This document shows, piece after piece, positions 27,738 through 35,495 of a stretch of 64,000 nucleotides of DNA. The notes beneath the pieces were generated by a model that had not been told where the DNA came from, did no database searches, and saw only the letters and a program-made list of their open reading frames with translations. The DNA lies in contig JBGPGO010000001.1 of assembly GCA_041483895.1 (NCBI GenBank), positions 416,001 through 480,000 on the forward strand. Direction: 5' to 3'. This DNA is from Fimbriimonadia bacterium. Its GTDB lineage: Bacteria; Armatimonadota; Fimbriimonadia; Fimbriimonadales; JABRVX01. The position numbers and the translations under genes were made by a program. The first letter of the stretch is position 1. Each line of letters starts with the position of its first letter.

Positions 27738-28205
27738 ATGAAATTCATTACGTATGTTTTGACAATTGCTCTCGCAACGGCAGCCTCGGTTGTATCGGCA
27801 CAGCAAATTCACGCGACGGTGGACGGCACAGCGCCCAACGGTTCGTACAACAGTGAGACGGTCGGCATGACAGCGATCCAGTACCCCATCGCGTTCGGTG
27901 GGAACTTCCTGTTCTATGTGTGGGGAGGCCCTCGTGCAGAGGCGCGAGCTATCACGATTGCGGGCCGGCTGGTCCGTGTCTTGACCGACACAACCCTCAC
28001 GCCCGCGGATGTGCATGTCGTCAGAGTCGCTCACACCGAGGCAGTAGTTTACGTCGGCAAAGTGCCGTTCGCAACGGCGACCAAGCACGATGCGGTCCTG
28101 AGTGGGATGACAAGCTTCGCAACGGCGAACCACTGGTCAGACCAGATCAAGCTCGTTATCAGCAACATCACAATGATTGCCGGCCCAGGTGAGACAGCAG
28201 ATTAG
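27738..28205 (+). CDS. Hypothetical secreted protein
   Basis: Signal peptide MKFITYVLTIALATAA; paralogue immediately downstream. Confidence 0.7.
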   Translation: MKFITYVLTIALATAASVVSAQQIHATVDGTAPNGSYNSETVGMTAIQYPIAFGGNFLFYVWGGPRAEARAITIAGRLVRVLTDTTLTPADVHVVRVAHTEAVVYVGKVPFATATKHDAVLSGMTSFATANHWSDQIKLVISNITMIAGPGETAD

Positions 28206-28425
28206 GACAATGGTGTCCTTTTGAAATGCCCCTCACGCTTTGTGCCACGGACGGCACGAACGCGGGGGCTCTGCGCTATCAGAGCGGGTGACCGGTCCGT
28301 CGCAGATGCGTAATTTGGAGGCAAGTCAGCCCCTCTCTGTCCATCAACTTCCTGACAACAAAAGAGAAGACTCACCACCTGGGCCGTGACACGCGACAAT
28401 AAGATCAACAAGAGGAGGAACAGCT

Positions 28426-28967
28426 ATGAAAGCCATTCCGTATGTTCTGACAGTTGCTCTTGCCGTGACAGCCCCGGCTGTAGCGGTGCGACAGATTCGC
28501 GCAATGATGGGTGGCGCCGCGGTGGATATCTCTTGCGTCCAGCCGCTGATGGCGGCGGCATGCATATTGGCGCCGGATCGCTTCGTCAGAGAGGCGCTTG
28601 GCGCCCTAGGTAACTATGCGCAGACCGTGGCTATTTATACTTCCAGATTAATGCTCGCGGAAGTCAATCTGTCCGGCGATGGCACCACCGAAACTGGTAC
28701 CGTTCCGTACAAAAACGACGACATGATCGGCACGACGGCCATCCGGTACTCCATCGCAATCGGCGGTAACTTCCTGTCCTACGTGTGGGGAGGCCCCAAC
28801 GCGGAAGCACGGGCTATCTCGATTGCCGGCTGGCTGGTTCGTGTCGTAACGGACACGGTCCTGAATAGGACGACCTGTTTCCAGACGTCAACCACTGGGC
28901 AGACCAGATCAGGCTGGTTCTCAGCAACTTCACAATGAATGCCTGCCCCGGTGCGACAACAGATTAG
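28426..28967 (+). pseudogene. Frameshifted paralogue of 27738-28205
   Basis: Shares TAI.Y.IA.GGNFL.YVWGGP.AEARAI; the homologous C-terminus NHWADQIRLVLSNFTM..TTD* lies in another frame, ending at 28967. Confidence 0.7.
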
Positions 28968-29406
28968 GATGATTGTGGACCACTAATGTCCTCACACCTG
29001 TGCCACGGACGGCACAAGCGTTGGGAGACCCTTGGCCGCGTGTGCCCTAGTGCCACCGCCTCACCGAAAAGCGCTCAAGCCGGACACGAAGTTTCCATAG
29101 CGTTGGACCGTAGTGTGTCGATGCGCGATGAACCCAATCCATCTCAGCCTAGACTTGAGCGACCCTGCCTAGCAAACGGCCAGGCGGCCGCGAACGGAAT
29201 CCCTCAGGGCGATTTCTCCCTTCACAATGTCTTCCTTCTGCCTTCACAATCCCCATTGTCAAGGGCCTTAATGTTCTTTTTCTCCCTTCACAATACCCAA
29301 TCCCTGTAGCCGTGGGTCAGCATGCAGATTGGCTTCTTGTGGATATAACCCAAGTGCCCGCAGCGTCGACAGGCAGGCGCGGGGCGACGATGGGCCCACC
29401 CACTTT

Positions 29407-29663
29407 TGTGTTGGGGTCTGAGGTGGTCGGCACTCCGTGGCAAGCGGCAGACGAGGACCCCAACACATCGCTGCCTTTCCACGCGCGGGAGAATCCATCA
29501 GAGAGCGAAGAAAACGCTACCCCTCCCCGATTTGCCGGGGTCCACATCTACTACTGCGTGGGGAAAAGCCGCTACCCTAGACCCCGGCACATCGGGATTC
29601 CGTGTTGGGTCTAGGTCCGGTCGAATTCGGCTAGGTTCTGCAACAGTGGACCCCAACACATCG
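29407..29663. repeat. Three clustered GGGGTC-N37-GACCCC inverted-repeat elements
   Basis: Units at 29407-29470, 29528-29594 and 29601-29663, each with a 37-nt spacer. Confidence 0.85.
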
Positions 29664-29708
29664 AGTGGTGAAAGCGACCGGTATGACTCCATCGGGTACG
29701 ATCTCAAT

Positions 29709-29993
29709 ATGTTTACGATGGATGATCAACACGTTCAAATCCGACTGCACAGGTTCTTGTCAGCCAAAGGTTCCAACACCGTCCCCAGCGTCAGGGATCC
29801 TGGGCAAGCTATACCGTTAGCCGACGTGAGTGACATAATGGCTGTCGCCCACGATGAAAGCATTCTGAAAGAGGTTTTCCGAGGCAAGCTGACCACTGAA
29901 GCAGGCGAACTGTTCGAGTCAGTACGCCCCCAGTTACAGTGTAAGGAACTCGTCAACGCGACTTCAGAGGAAGTGGAACAGTACTTTAGTTAA
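29709..29993 (+). CDS. Hypothetical protein or gene fragment
   Basis: 3' part of the 29406-29993 ORF, beyond the repeats; globular-looking composition. Confidence 0.35.
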   Translation: MFTMDDQHVQIRLHRFLSAKGSNTVPSVRDPGQAIPLADVSDIMAVAHDESILKEVFRGKLTTEAGELFESVRPQLQCKELVNATSEEVEQYFS

Positions 29994-30080
29994 GCAACGG
30001 CACTGTCGAATCTTTGCCTTTCTCGTTGACCAATTGCGGAGTTTCGTCCGTCGCCTCCGCAACAGGATTCGCTGAGAAGC

Positions 30081-30659
30081 TCACTCTTTCAGTACTGATT
30101 TCAGGGACCGAAATAGGACAATTGCTGTCGCTATTGCCACCATCGCAAATCCACCATTTATGAGCAATCGATTTATCTCGCTGGGGGAAGTTGCCAGGTA
30201 GGCACTAGTGTCCCGCTCCCGCTCCTCACTAATTTGCTTCGCCACCTGGTTGAGTTCCCTATCGGCATCCACGTATCGCGCGTCCGATTCCGGTGGACCG
30301 CTTGGCAGACCCCGATAAGGGTCGCTTGCCAGATCCCGCCAAGGGTCGTTCTTATCTTCCGGTTCATTGATGATCCTGGTTCGAACCTCGGTTCTGCGAT
30401 CCAAAGCAGTCTGGAAACTGTGATCTCGAGCAGCTTCTCGCTTCCGAAACGCTGAAAGGTAAGACTGTCGCCCTGCATCATAGCGGAATTTGTATGCCTC
30501 TGATAAGACGATCGCGCCGGCGACGTACGATAGTGCGACGATCGCGATCACAGTGAGCGCCTTCGGATAAGTCACTTCAGATTGACCTCCGGGCGGCACT
30601 CTCCCCATGGGATAAGCGTACTCAACACGGCGTCGGCGCTGATCAACTCGCCAACGCAT
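30081..30659 (-). CDS. Hypothetical protein with two TM helices and a coiled region
   Basis: ALTVIAIVALSYVAGAIVL and GGFAMVAIATAIVLF; true start is probably the GTG near 30575. Confidence 0.6.
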   Translation of the reverse strand: MRWRVDQRRRRVEYAYPMGRVPPGGQSEVTYPKALTVIAIVALSYVAGAIVLSEAYKFRYDAGRQSYLSAFRKREAARDHSFQTALDRRTEVRTRIINEPEDKNDPWRDLASDPYRGLPSGPPESDARYVDADRELNQVAKQISEERERDTSAYLATSPSEINRLLINGGFAMVAIATAIVLFRSLKSVLKE

Positions 30660-30756
30660 TCGCTAAGATTCACGCGCTCACCTCGAATCTTGAACAACCT
30701 AGTAATGGTAGCACGATTCTGGTTCATATGGCGGCTGCCGGGACAATTCCCCATCT

Positions 30757-32205
30757 CTACTCCAAATCCGTCTGCGCGCGGGTGATGGCGCGGATGACCG
30801 CCTCGGCCTTGCTGCGGCATTCCTGCCACTCGCGCGAAGGATCGGAATCGGCCACAATTCCGGCGCCCGCCTGCACATGCGCGATGCCGTCTTTCAGCAC
30901 AACCGAACGGATGTTGATACACATATCCATATCCCCCCCATAGCCGATATAGCCCACCGCGCCGGAATATGGACCGCGCCGCGACACCTCTAACTCGTCG
31001 ATAATCTCCATCGCCCGGATCTTCGGCGCGCCGGACACCGTGCCCGCCGGAAATGTGGCGCGCAACAGATCGAACGCGTCCGCATCATCCACCAATGTCC
31101 CGGTCACGTCGGACACGATGTGCATTACGTGTGAGTATCGCTCCACATACATCAGCTTGTTCACCGTCACCGTGCCGAACTCGCACGCGCGGCCCAGATC
31201 GTTGCGGCCGAGGTCCACCAACATCAGGTGCTCCGCGCGCTCCTTTTCGTCCGCCATCAGCTCGGCGGCCAGGCGCTCGTCTTCCTCGAAATTATCTCCG
31301 CGGGGGCGCGTGCCGGCGATCGGGCGGACAGTGGCGGTGGTACCCTGCAGCGTGACCAAAACTTCCGGCGAGCCGCCGATCACCTGCACATCGTCGCAGT
31401 TGAGCAGAAACATGTAGGGCGAAGGATTGACCGCCCGAATCGCGCGATAAATGTTAATGGGGGCCGCCGAAACGGGTGCGCTGAACCGCTGGGAGATCAC
31501 CATCTGCACGCCATCCCCGGCTTCTATATACTCTTTGGTCCGCAGCACCGCCGCCTCGTACGCGTCCCGCGACATGTTGGCGGTGAACGTCGGCTCTCCC
31601 CCGGCGATGGGTGGCAAATCCGGCAGCGGGGCTCTGAGCAGGGAGACAATCCGCTCGATGTCCGCGCACGCCCATTCGTACTCGCCGGTCTGGGCGTTGA
31701 CAATGATCTGCATGTTCCGCTTGGCATGGTCGAACGCCACAACCGCATCGCACAGCATCATGCAGCAGTCCGGCGCGTCCAGATCATCCGGGTTTCCGTC
31801 CGGCAGCTTCTCGATGAATCGGACCATATCGTAGGACAAAAACCCCACTGCCCCGCCGACGAACGGGGGCATGGCCGGGTCCTCAACCTGCGGCTCGCCC
31901 AACAGCCGGTGGAGGGCCGTCAGCGGGTCGCCATCCACCGGTGACCACACCCCGTCCCTCATCACTTTGACTGCTTGTCCTTTGGTCCACAAAACCGCGC
32001 GGGGACGCGTGCCCAAGAAGGAATACCGGCCCACCCGCTCCCCGCCCACCACGGACTCAAGCAGGAACGAGAACGGCTCTCCATGCGCCAGCTTCCAATA
32101 TGCCGAGACTGGGGTTTCCAGGTCAGCCAGTATGGTGCGGCAGACGGGCACGCGATGGCCTCCGGCGGCGAGGCGCTCGAAGTTTGGGAGGTCAGGCTGG
32201 ATCAC
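30757..32205 (-). CDS. trpE: Anthranilate synthase component I
   Basis: DLETPVSAY, FLLESV, NPSPYM, GSPEVL, PIAGTRPRG, KERAEHLMLVDLGRND, FPAGTVSGAPK. Confidence 0.95.
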   Translation of the reverse strand: MIQPDLPNFERLAAGGHRVPVCRTILADLETPVSAYWKLAHGEPFSFLLESVVGGERVGRYSFLGTRPRAVLWTKGQAVKVMRDGVWSPVDGDPLTALHRLLGEPQVEDPAMPPFVGGAVGFLSYDMVRFIEKLPDGNPDDLDAPDCCMMLCDAVVAFDHAKRNMQIIVNAQTGEYEWACADIERIVSLLRAPLPDLPPIAGGEPTFTANMSRDAYEAAVLRTKEYIEAGDGVQMVISQRFSAPVSAAPINIYRAIRAVNPSPYMFLLNCDDVQVIGGSPEVLVTLQGTTATVRPIAGTRPRGDNFEEDERLAAELMADEKERAEHLMLVDLGRNDLGRACEFGTVTVNKLMYVERYSHVMHIVSDVTGTLVDDADAFDLLRATFPAGTVSGAPKIRAMEIIDELEVSRRGPYSGAVGYIGYGGDMDMCINIRSVVLKDGIAHVQAGAGIVADSDPSREWQECRSKAEAVIRAITRAQTDLE

Positions 32206-32229
32206 GGTGGGATTGTACCGAACCCTATT

Positions 32230-32258
32230 AAAGAAAATGGCCCCGGTGTGGCGGGGCT
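32230..32258 (-). terminator. Rho-independent terminator
   Basis: Minus strand agccccg-ccacac-cggggcc-attttcttt. Confidence 0.75.
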
Positions 32259-32372
32259 AGGAAGGAGTAGAGAGGAAGACGTCTCGTAACCCGTCGACAG
32301 CTCCCTATTCTCTTCGGCCCTCGGCCTCCGATGTGCTGCTATCGAGAGAAGGTGGGTGATGCGTCTTTCGCT
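32230..32372 (-). ncRNA. Candidate ~140-nt small RNA
   Basis: Lies between a sigma54-like promoter and an intrinsic terminator; no convincing internal ORF; CU-rich tracts. Confidence 0.5.
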
Positions 32373-32381
32373 GTATCCTGT

Positions 32382-32397
32382 TGCAGGCCTCGTGCCA
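32382..32397 (-). promoter_or_regulatory. Putative sigma54 promoter
   Basis: Minus strand TGGCACGAGGCCTGCA = GG-N10-GC. Confidence 0.65.
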
Positions 32398-32510
32398 AAT
32401 CCGTGGGGAGGGGAAAAGACCGGTAAGAATTCGGTGCGCCGAGGACACGGGGGAAATTTGGTTAGATTTAAGCCGTTTGATGGTAAGAGGCCATAGATGG
32501 AGGTATGGAT

Positions 32511-32726
32511 ATGCCAAGCCAAATGAAAATAATCCACAGGCCCCGATGCCTCGGATGCGGCGGGGTCTTGGAGCTCCAGCCGATCTGGCTGCCCAAGCCA
32601 GGCGGTGAGTGTGAAAAAGAGATCGTCTACCGCTGTCCAACCTGCGCGGCCTTCGTGGTCCATCCGCATCCCTCCGTGCGGGAAATCGTGGAGTGGCGGA
32701 ATTCTCATCTCATCCAGCCGAATTAG
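32511..32726 (+). CDS. Small zinc-ribbon protein
   Basis: CLGC...CPTC; GGAGG SD 7 nt upstream of ATG 32511. Confidence 0.55.
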   Translation: MPSQMKIIHRPRCLGCGGVLELQPIWLPKPGGECEKEIVYRCPTCAAFVVHPHPSVREIVEWRNSHLIQPN

Positions 32727-32827
32727 CATCTACACGCCACGGGTCCCAAAAGGACCTACTCTCCGCAACCCACCAGCCCTCCACACGGTAGATTGACAAG
32801 TAGATCCAGACGTGTGGAGGGACTTGT

Positions 32828-33100
32828 ATGTTGGCGATTGTGCAAACCGGGGTTTTGGCGGCGGTATGGTGGGTGTGGTGGAAGCTGTTCGGTACGCCTA
32901 TGCTGAAAAGCTCGGCGACGGGTTATTCCATCCGGGAGCGATTTTCCAGCGGCGTTGGGGTTGTGTTTTGGAATTTGACGTTTCTTAGCATGCTGATTTG
33001 GATATGGGGGATTTTCCCGACGTGGCTGATTGCGCCGTTTGTCATCATCATGGCGATCTGCGCTGCCATCCTCAGCGGCTGGTCGAAGTCCAAAGAGTAG
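32828..33100 (+). CDS. Small membrane protein (about 3 TM)
   Basis: GGAGG SD; hydrophobic Trp-rich helices. Confidence 0.7.
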   Translation: MLAIVQTGVLAAVWWVWWKLFGTPMLKSSATGYSIRERFSSGVGVVFWNLTFLSMLIWIWGIFPTWLIAPFVIIMAICAAILSGWSKSKE

Positions 33101-33261
33101 CCGCGGATTCTCGTTCTGACCCCTGACCGAATCGCCACACCCAAAACCCGCGCTTGACCACGTCGCAAGAATCGATATCGTTTTGGCGTTTTCACCGTGG
33201 TCACTCGCGGGTCTTGTTCCTGGCGCAAGAAACGGATATCAGAACGAGGACCCGCGGCTAC
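33097..33261. repeat. REPIN/MITE-like 165-bp palindromic element
   Basis: Ends gtagccgcggattctcgttctga / tcagaacgaggacccgcggctac; inner inverted repeat acccgcgcttgaccacg / cgtggtcactcgcgggt. Confidence 0.85.
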
Positions 33262-34355
33262 AAATCAGGATCGATTGACCGTAACAGTTGTTCGACGGGT
33301 TCTTTGGGATCACCCGCCGGACGGAGAAGTTCCCTCTTTGCGGCATCGGTCCCTGCGCTCGCGCGCAAAAGAGTGGACCGATCTTTCGCCTGTTCCAGCC
33401 TCCGCTGAATTGCCTGGGCGGCGGCCGCGGCGGCATCCTTCACCTCAGGATTCGTCGCCTGGGAGCCAACCTTCTCCACCAACTGAAGCTCTCTCTCCGC
33501 TCCATACAGGCCGACGACGTGCAACGCTCCGGCGGCAAGCTGCGGATTCTGATTCCAGCACAACGTGACGATGGCTTGCCGTTGCCATTCGTTGATCGCC
33601 GATGCGTCGGTCACTTTCGGAAGAACCTCTTTGAGCGCCCCGCCCGCGCCGGATAAGATATCGGTTTGATAAGCGACTGCGAGGATCCCCGCCGCCCATG
33701 GACGTGGCGAACCCGCAAGGTATTGCAACGCCATCGCCTCAACCGCATTCCTGTTCGAGCGGAAGACAAGTACCGCGAGACACGCAACCGCCATGGGTAG
33801 CAGCCCCAACACTAAATTCTCGTGATAGAGGCCAAAAGACACAGCCATCCCCGCGAGCGATAGTGCCATCCATGCACCGTCATTCGCGCCGTTTTTGGCG
33901 AAGCGAAAACGGATCTGGCGCAGCTCGACGATGCGGGCGATCGCGTGTATCGCCTTGTCTGTAGCGATTTTGGCAAGAGCCTCCATCGCGGACTTCACGG
34001 CCGGCATCGGCGCTCGGCGATTGTCCAGGACCTCGGCCAGCGCCGGCACCGCGTCCTCCCCGATCGCCGCCAGGGTCGCGATTTCCCTATTGGCATGGTT
34101 GGAATACTTCGACGCCAACCGATCAATGAACCTGCGGCAGATACGATCCTCTCGCGTCAGTTTGAACATCCTGCGCCAAAATCCCGGTTCTGGCTCGTCG
34201 CGCTGATCGCCATACTGTTTGTAGCCGCAATGGGGACAGGCCCATCGTGGCAATTTGAGCGGCCGATCTGCGGCGATCGTAGCGGACGGCTTGTGGCAAG
34301 ATGGACAAACGACAGCAGACGACGTACCGTTGCCCCATTCCGACTCGGGATTCAT
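33258..34355 (-). CDS. Zn-ribbon + HEAT-repeat membrane protein (paralogue 2)
   Basis: CPSC..CPHCG, HEAT-like helices, 2 TM, C-terminal TLLRAS..ELLRP..QLLR. Confidence 0.85.
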   Translation of the reverse strand: MNPESEWGNGTSSAVVCPSCHKPSATIAADRPLKLPRWACPHCGYKQYGDQRDEPEPGFWRRMFKLTREDRICRRFIDRLASKYSNHANREIATLAAIGEDAVPALAEVLDNRRAPMPAVKSAMEALAKIATDKAIHAIARIVELRQIRFRFAKNGANDGAWMALSLAGMAVSFGLYHENLVLGLLPMAVACLAVLVFRSNRNAVEAMALQYLAGSPRPWAAGILAVAYQTDILSGAGGALKEVLPKVTDASAINEWQRQAIVTLCWNQNPQLAAGALHVVGLYGAERELQLVEKVGSQATNPEVKDAAAAAAQAIQRRLEQAKDRSTLLRASAGTDAAKRELLRPAGDPKEPVEQLLRSIDPDL

Positions 34356-35488
34356 ATTGGATCGATCGGCCGCAAGAGTTGATCGTCCGGCTCTATCAAA
34401 TGGCCCGCGGCTCGGAGCAGACCCTGCTGCTCGACCGCCTCACTCGTTGCTGCCCGCAGAAGGGTGCTCTTGTCCCTAAAAAGCTTCACGCGCTCCCGGA
34501 TGATATCGGCGGCGCGGAGCGCTGCATTTCGCACACTCGGATCGGTCGTCTTGGAGAGCGCCTTTTCGATCACGCGTAATTCCTCCTGCTCGCCGTACAA
34601 GCCGATGACATGGAACGCTCCGACCGCCAATGATTCGTCCTCGCTGGTGCAGAGCGCCTCGATCGACCTGCGTTGCAGCGGGGTGAGCGGGGCTGGGTCG
34701 GTGACGAGTGGCAGCACTTCCGCCAGCGCAACCTGCACCATGGGAGAGGCGTCGTGCTCGTGATATGCCACGGCGAGCAGGCCGGCTGCTTCCGGCCGCT
34801 TAAGCAGCGCGAGGGCGTCGGTGGATTTGGCCCTCAGCTTTCGCATGGGATCGACGAGCGCCGCAGAAATGAGGCCGAGAAAGATAAACACCGCGTAAAC
34901 AGCATCAAGAAAGTCATACAGCATCAGCAGTGACACCACGCTGATGACGCCGATGAGACACGCAAGCCCAACTCGAAGATACACGTTGGGTAGGTGGCCG
35001 CGGCTGGATACTTGCTGTCCATTCACAGACCGAATCAAAGCGTCGGCAGCGCGCTTGGTGCCAATGCGAGCTAAGGCTTCGGCCGCGGACTCCCTAGCAA
35101 CGGGATCATAACGACTTTTTTCCAGCACCTCGATCAGCGCCATCACGGCATCATCCCCGATCGCGACCATCGTGTTGACCTCCGCCTTGCGATGGTTATC
35201 CGCCGATGTGCCGAGCCGCGCCATGAATTTCTGCCAGAGCTGCATCTGAGTCGAGTTCCAAAACTGGCGGCGCAGATAGGATAGGTTGTTCTCGTAAAGC
35301 ATCTTCGCATCATCGCGCGCATCGCCATAGAGCCTGAGCCCGCACTCCGGGCACGCCCACTTCGGTAGCTTCAGAGGCCGCTCGGTGTAAATGGTGGACG
35401 ACGTTTTGTGGCACGAAGGACAGGTCATCCGGGGCGGTTTGCCCGGCCCCAGCGCAGCCAACGACGCAAATTCATTGAACTCAGTCAT
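34352..35488 (-). CDS. Zn-ribbon + HEAT-repeat membrane protein (paralogue 1)
   Basis: CPSC..CPECG, same architecture, coupled to paralogue 2. Confidence 0.85.
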   Translation of the reverse strand: MTEFNEFASLAALGPGKPPRMTCPSCHKTSSTIYTERPLKLPKWACPECGLRLYGDARDDAKMLYENNLSYLRRQFWNSTQMQLWQKFMARLGTSADNHRKAEVNTMVAIGDDAVMALIEVLEKSRYDPVARESAAEALARIGTKRAADALIRSVNGQQVSSRGHLPNVYLRVGLACLIGVISVVSLLMLYDFLDAVYAVFIFLGLISAALVDPMRKLRAKSTDALALLKRPEAAGLLAVAYHEHDASPMVQVALAEVLPLVTDPAPLTPLQRRSIEALCTSEDESLAVGAFHVIGLYGEQEELRVIEKALSKTTDPSVRNAALRAADIIRERVKLFRDKSTLLRAATSEAVEQQGLLRAAGHLIEPDDQLLRPIDPI

Positions 35489-35495
35489 CCCACAC

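Noticed and set aside
29407..29663. CRISPR array (repeats with 37-nt spacers)
   Set aside because: The arms are inverted rather than direct, units are irregularly spaced, spacers are mutually related, and no cas genes are present.
32206..32400. T-box or Trp leader-peptide attenuator for trpE
   Set aside because: No T-box consensus or Trp-codon uORF was seen, and trpE has its own -10 box downstream of the terminator.
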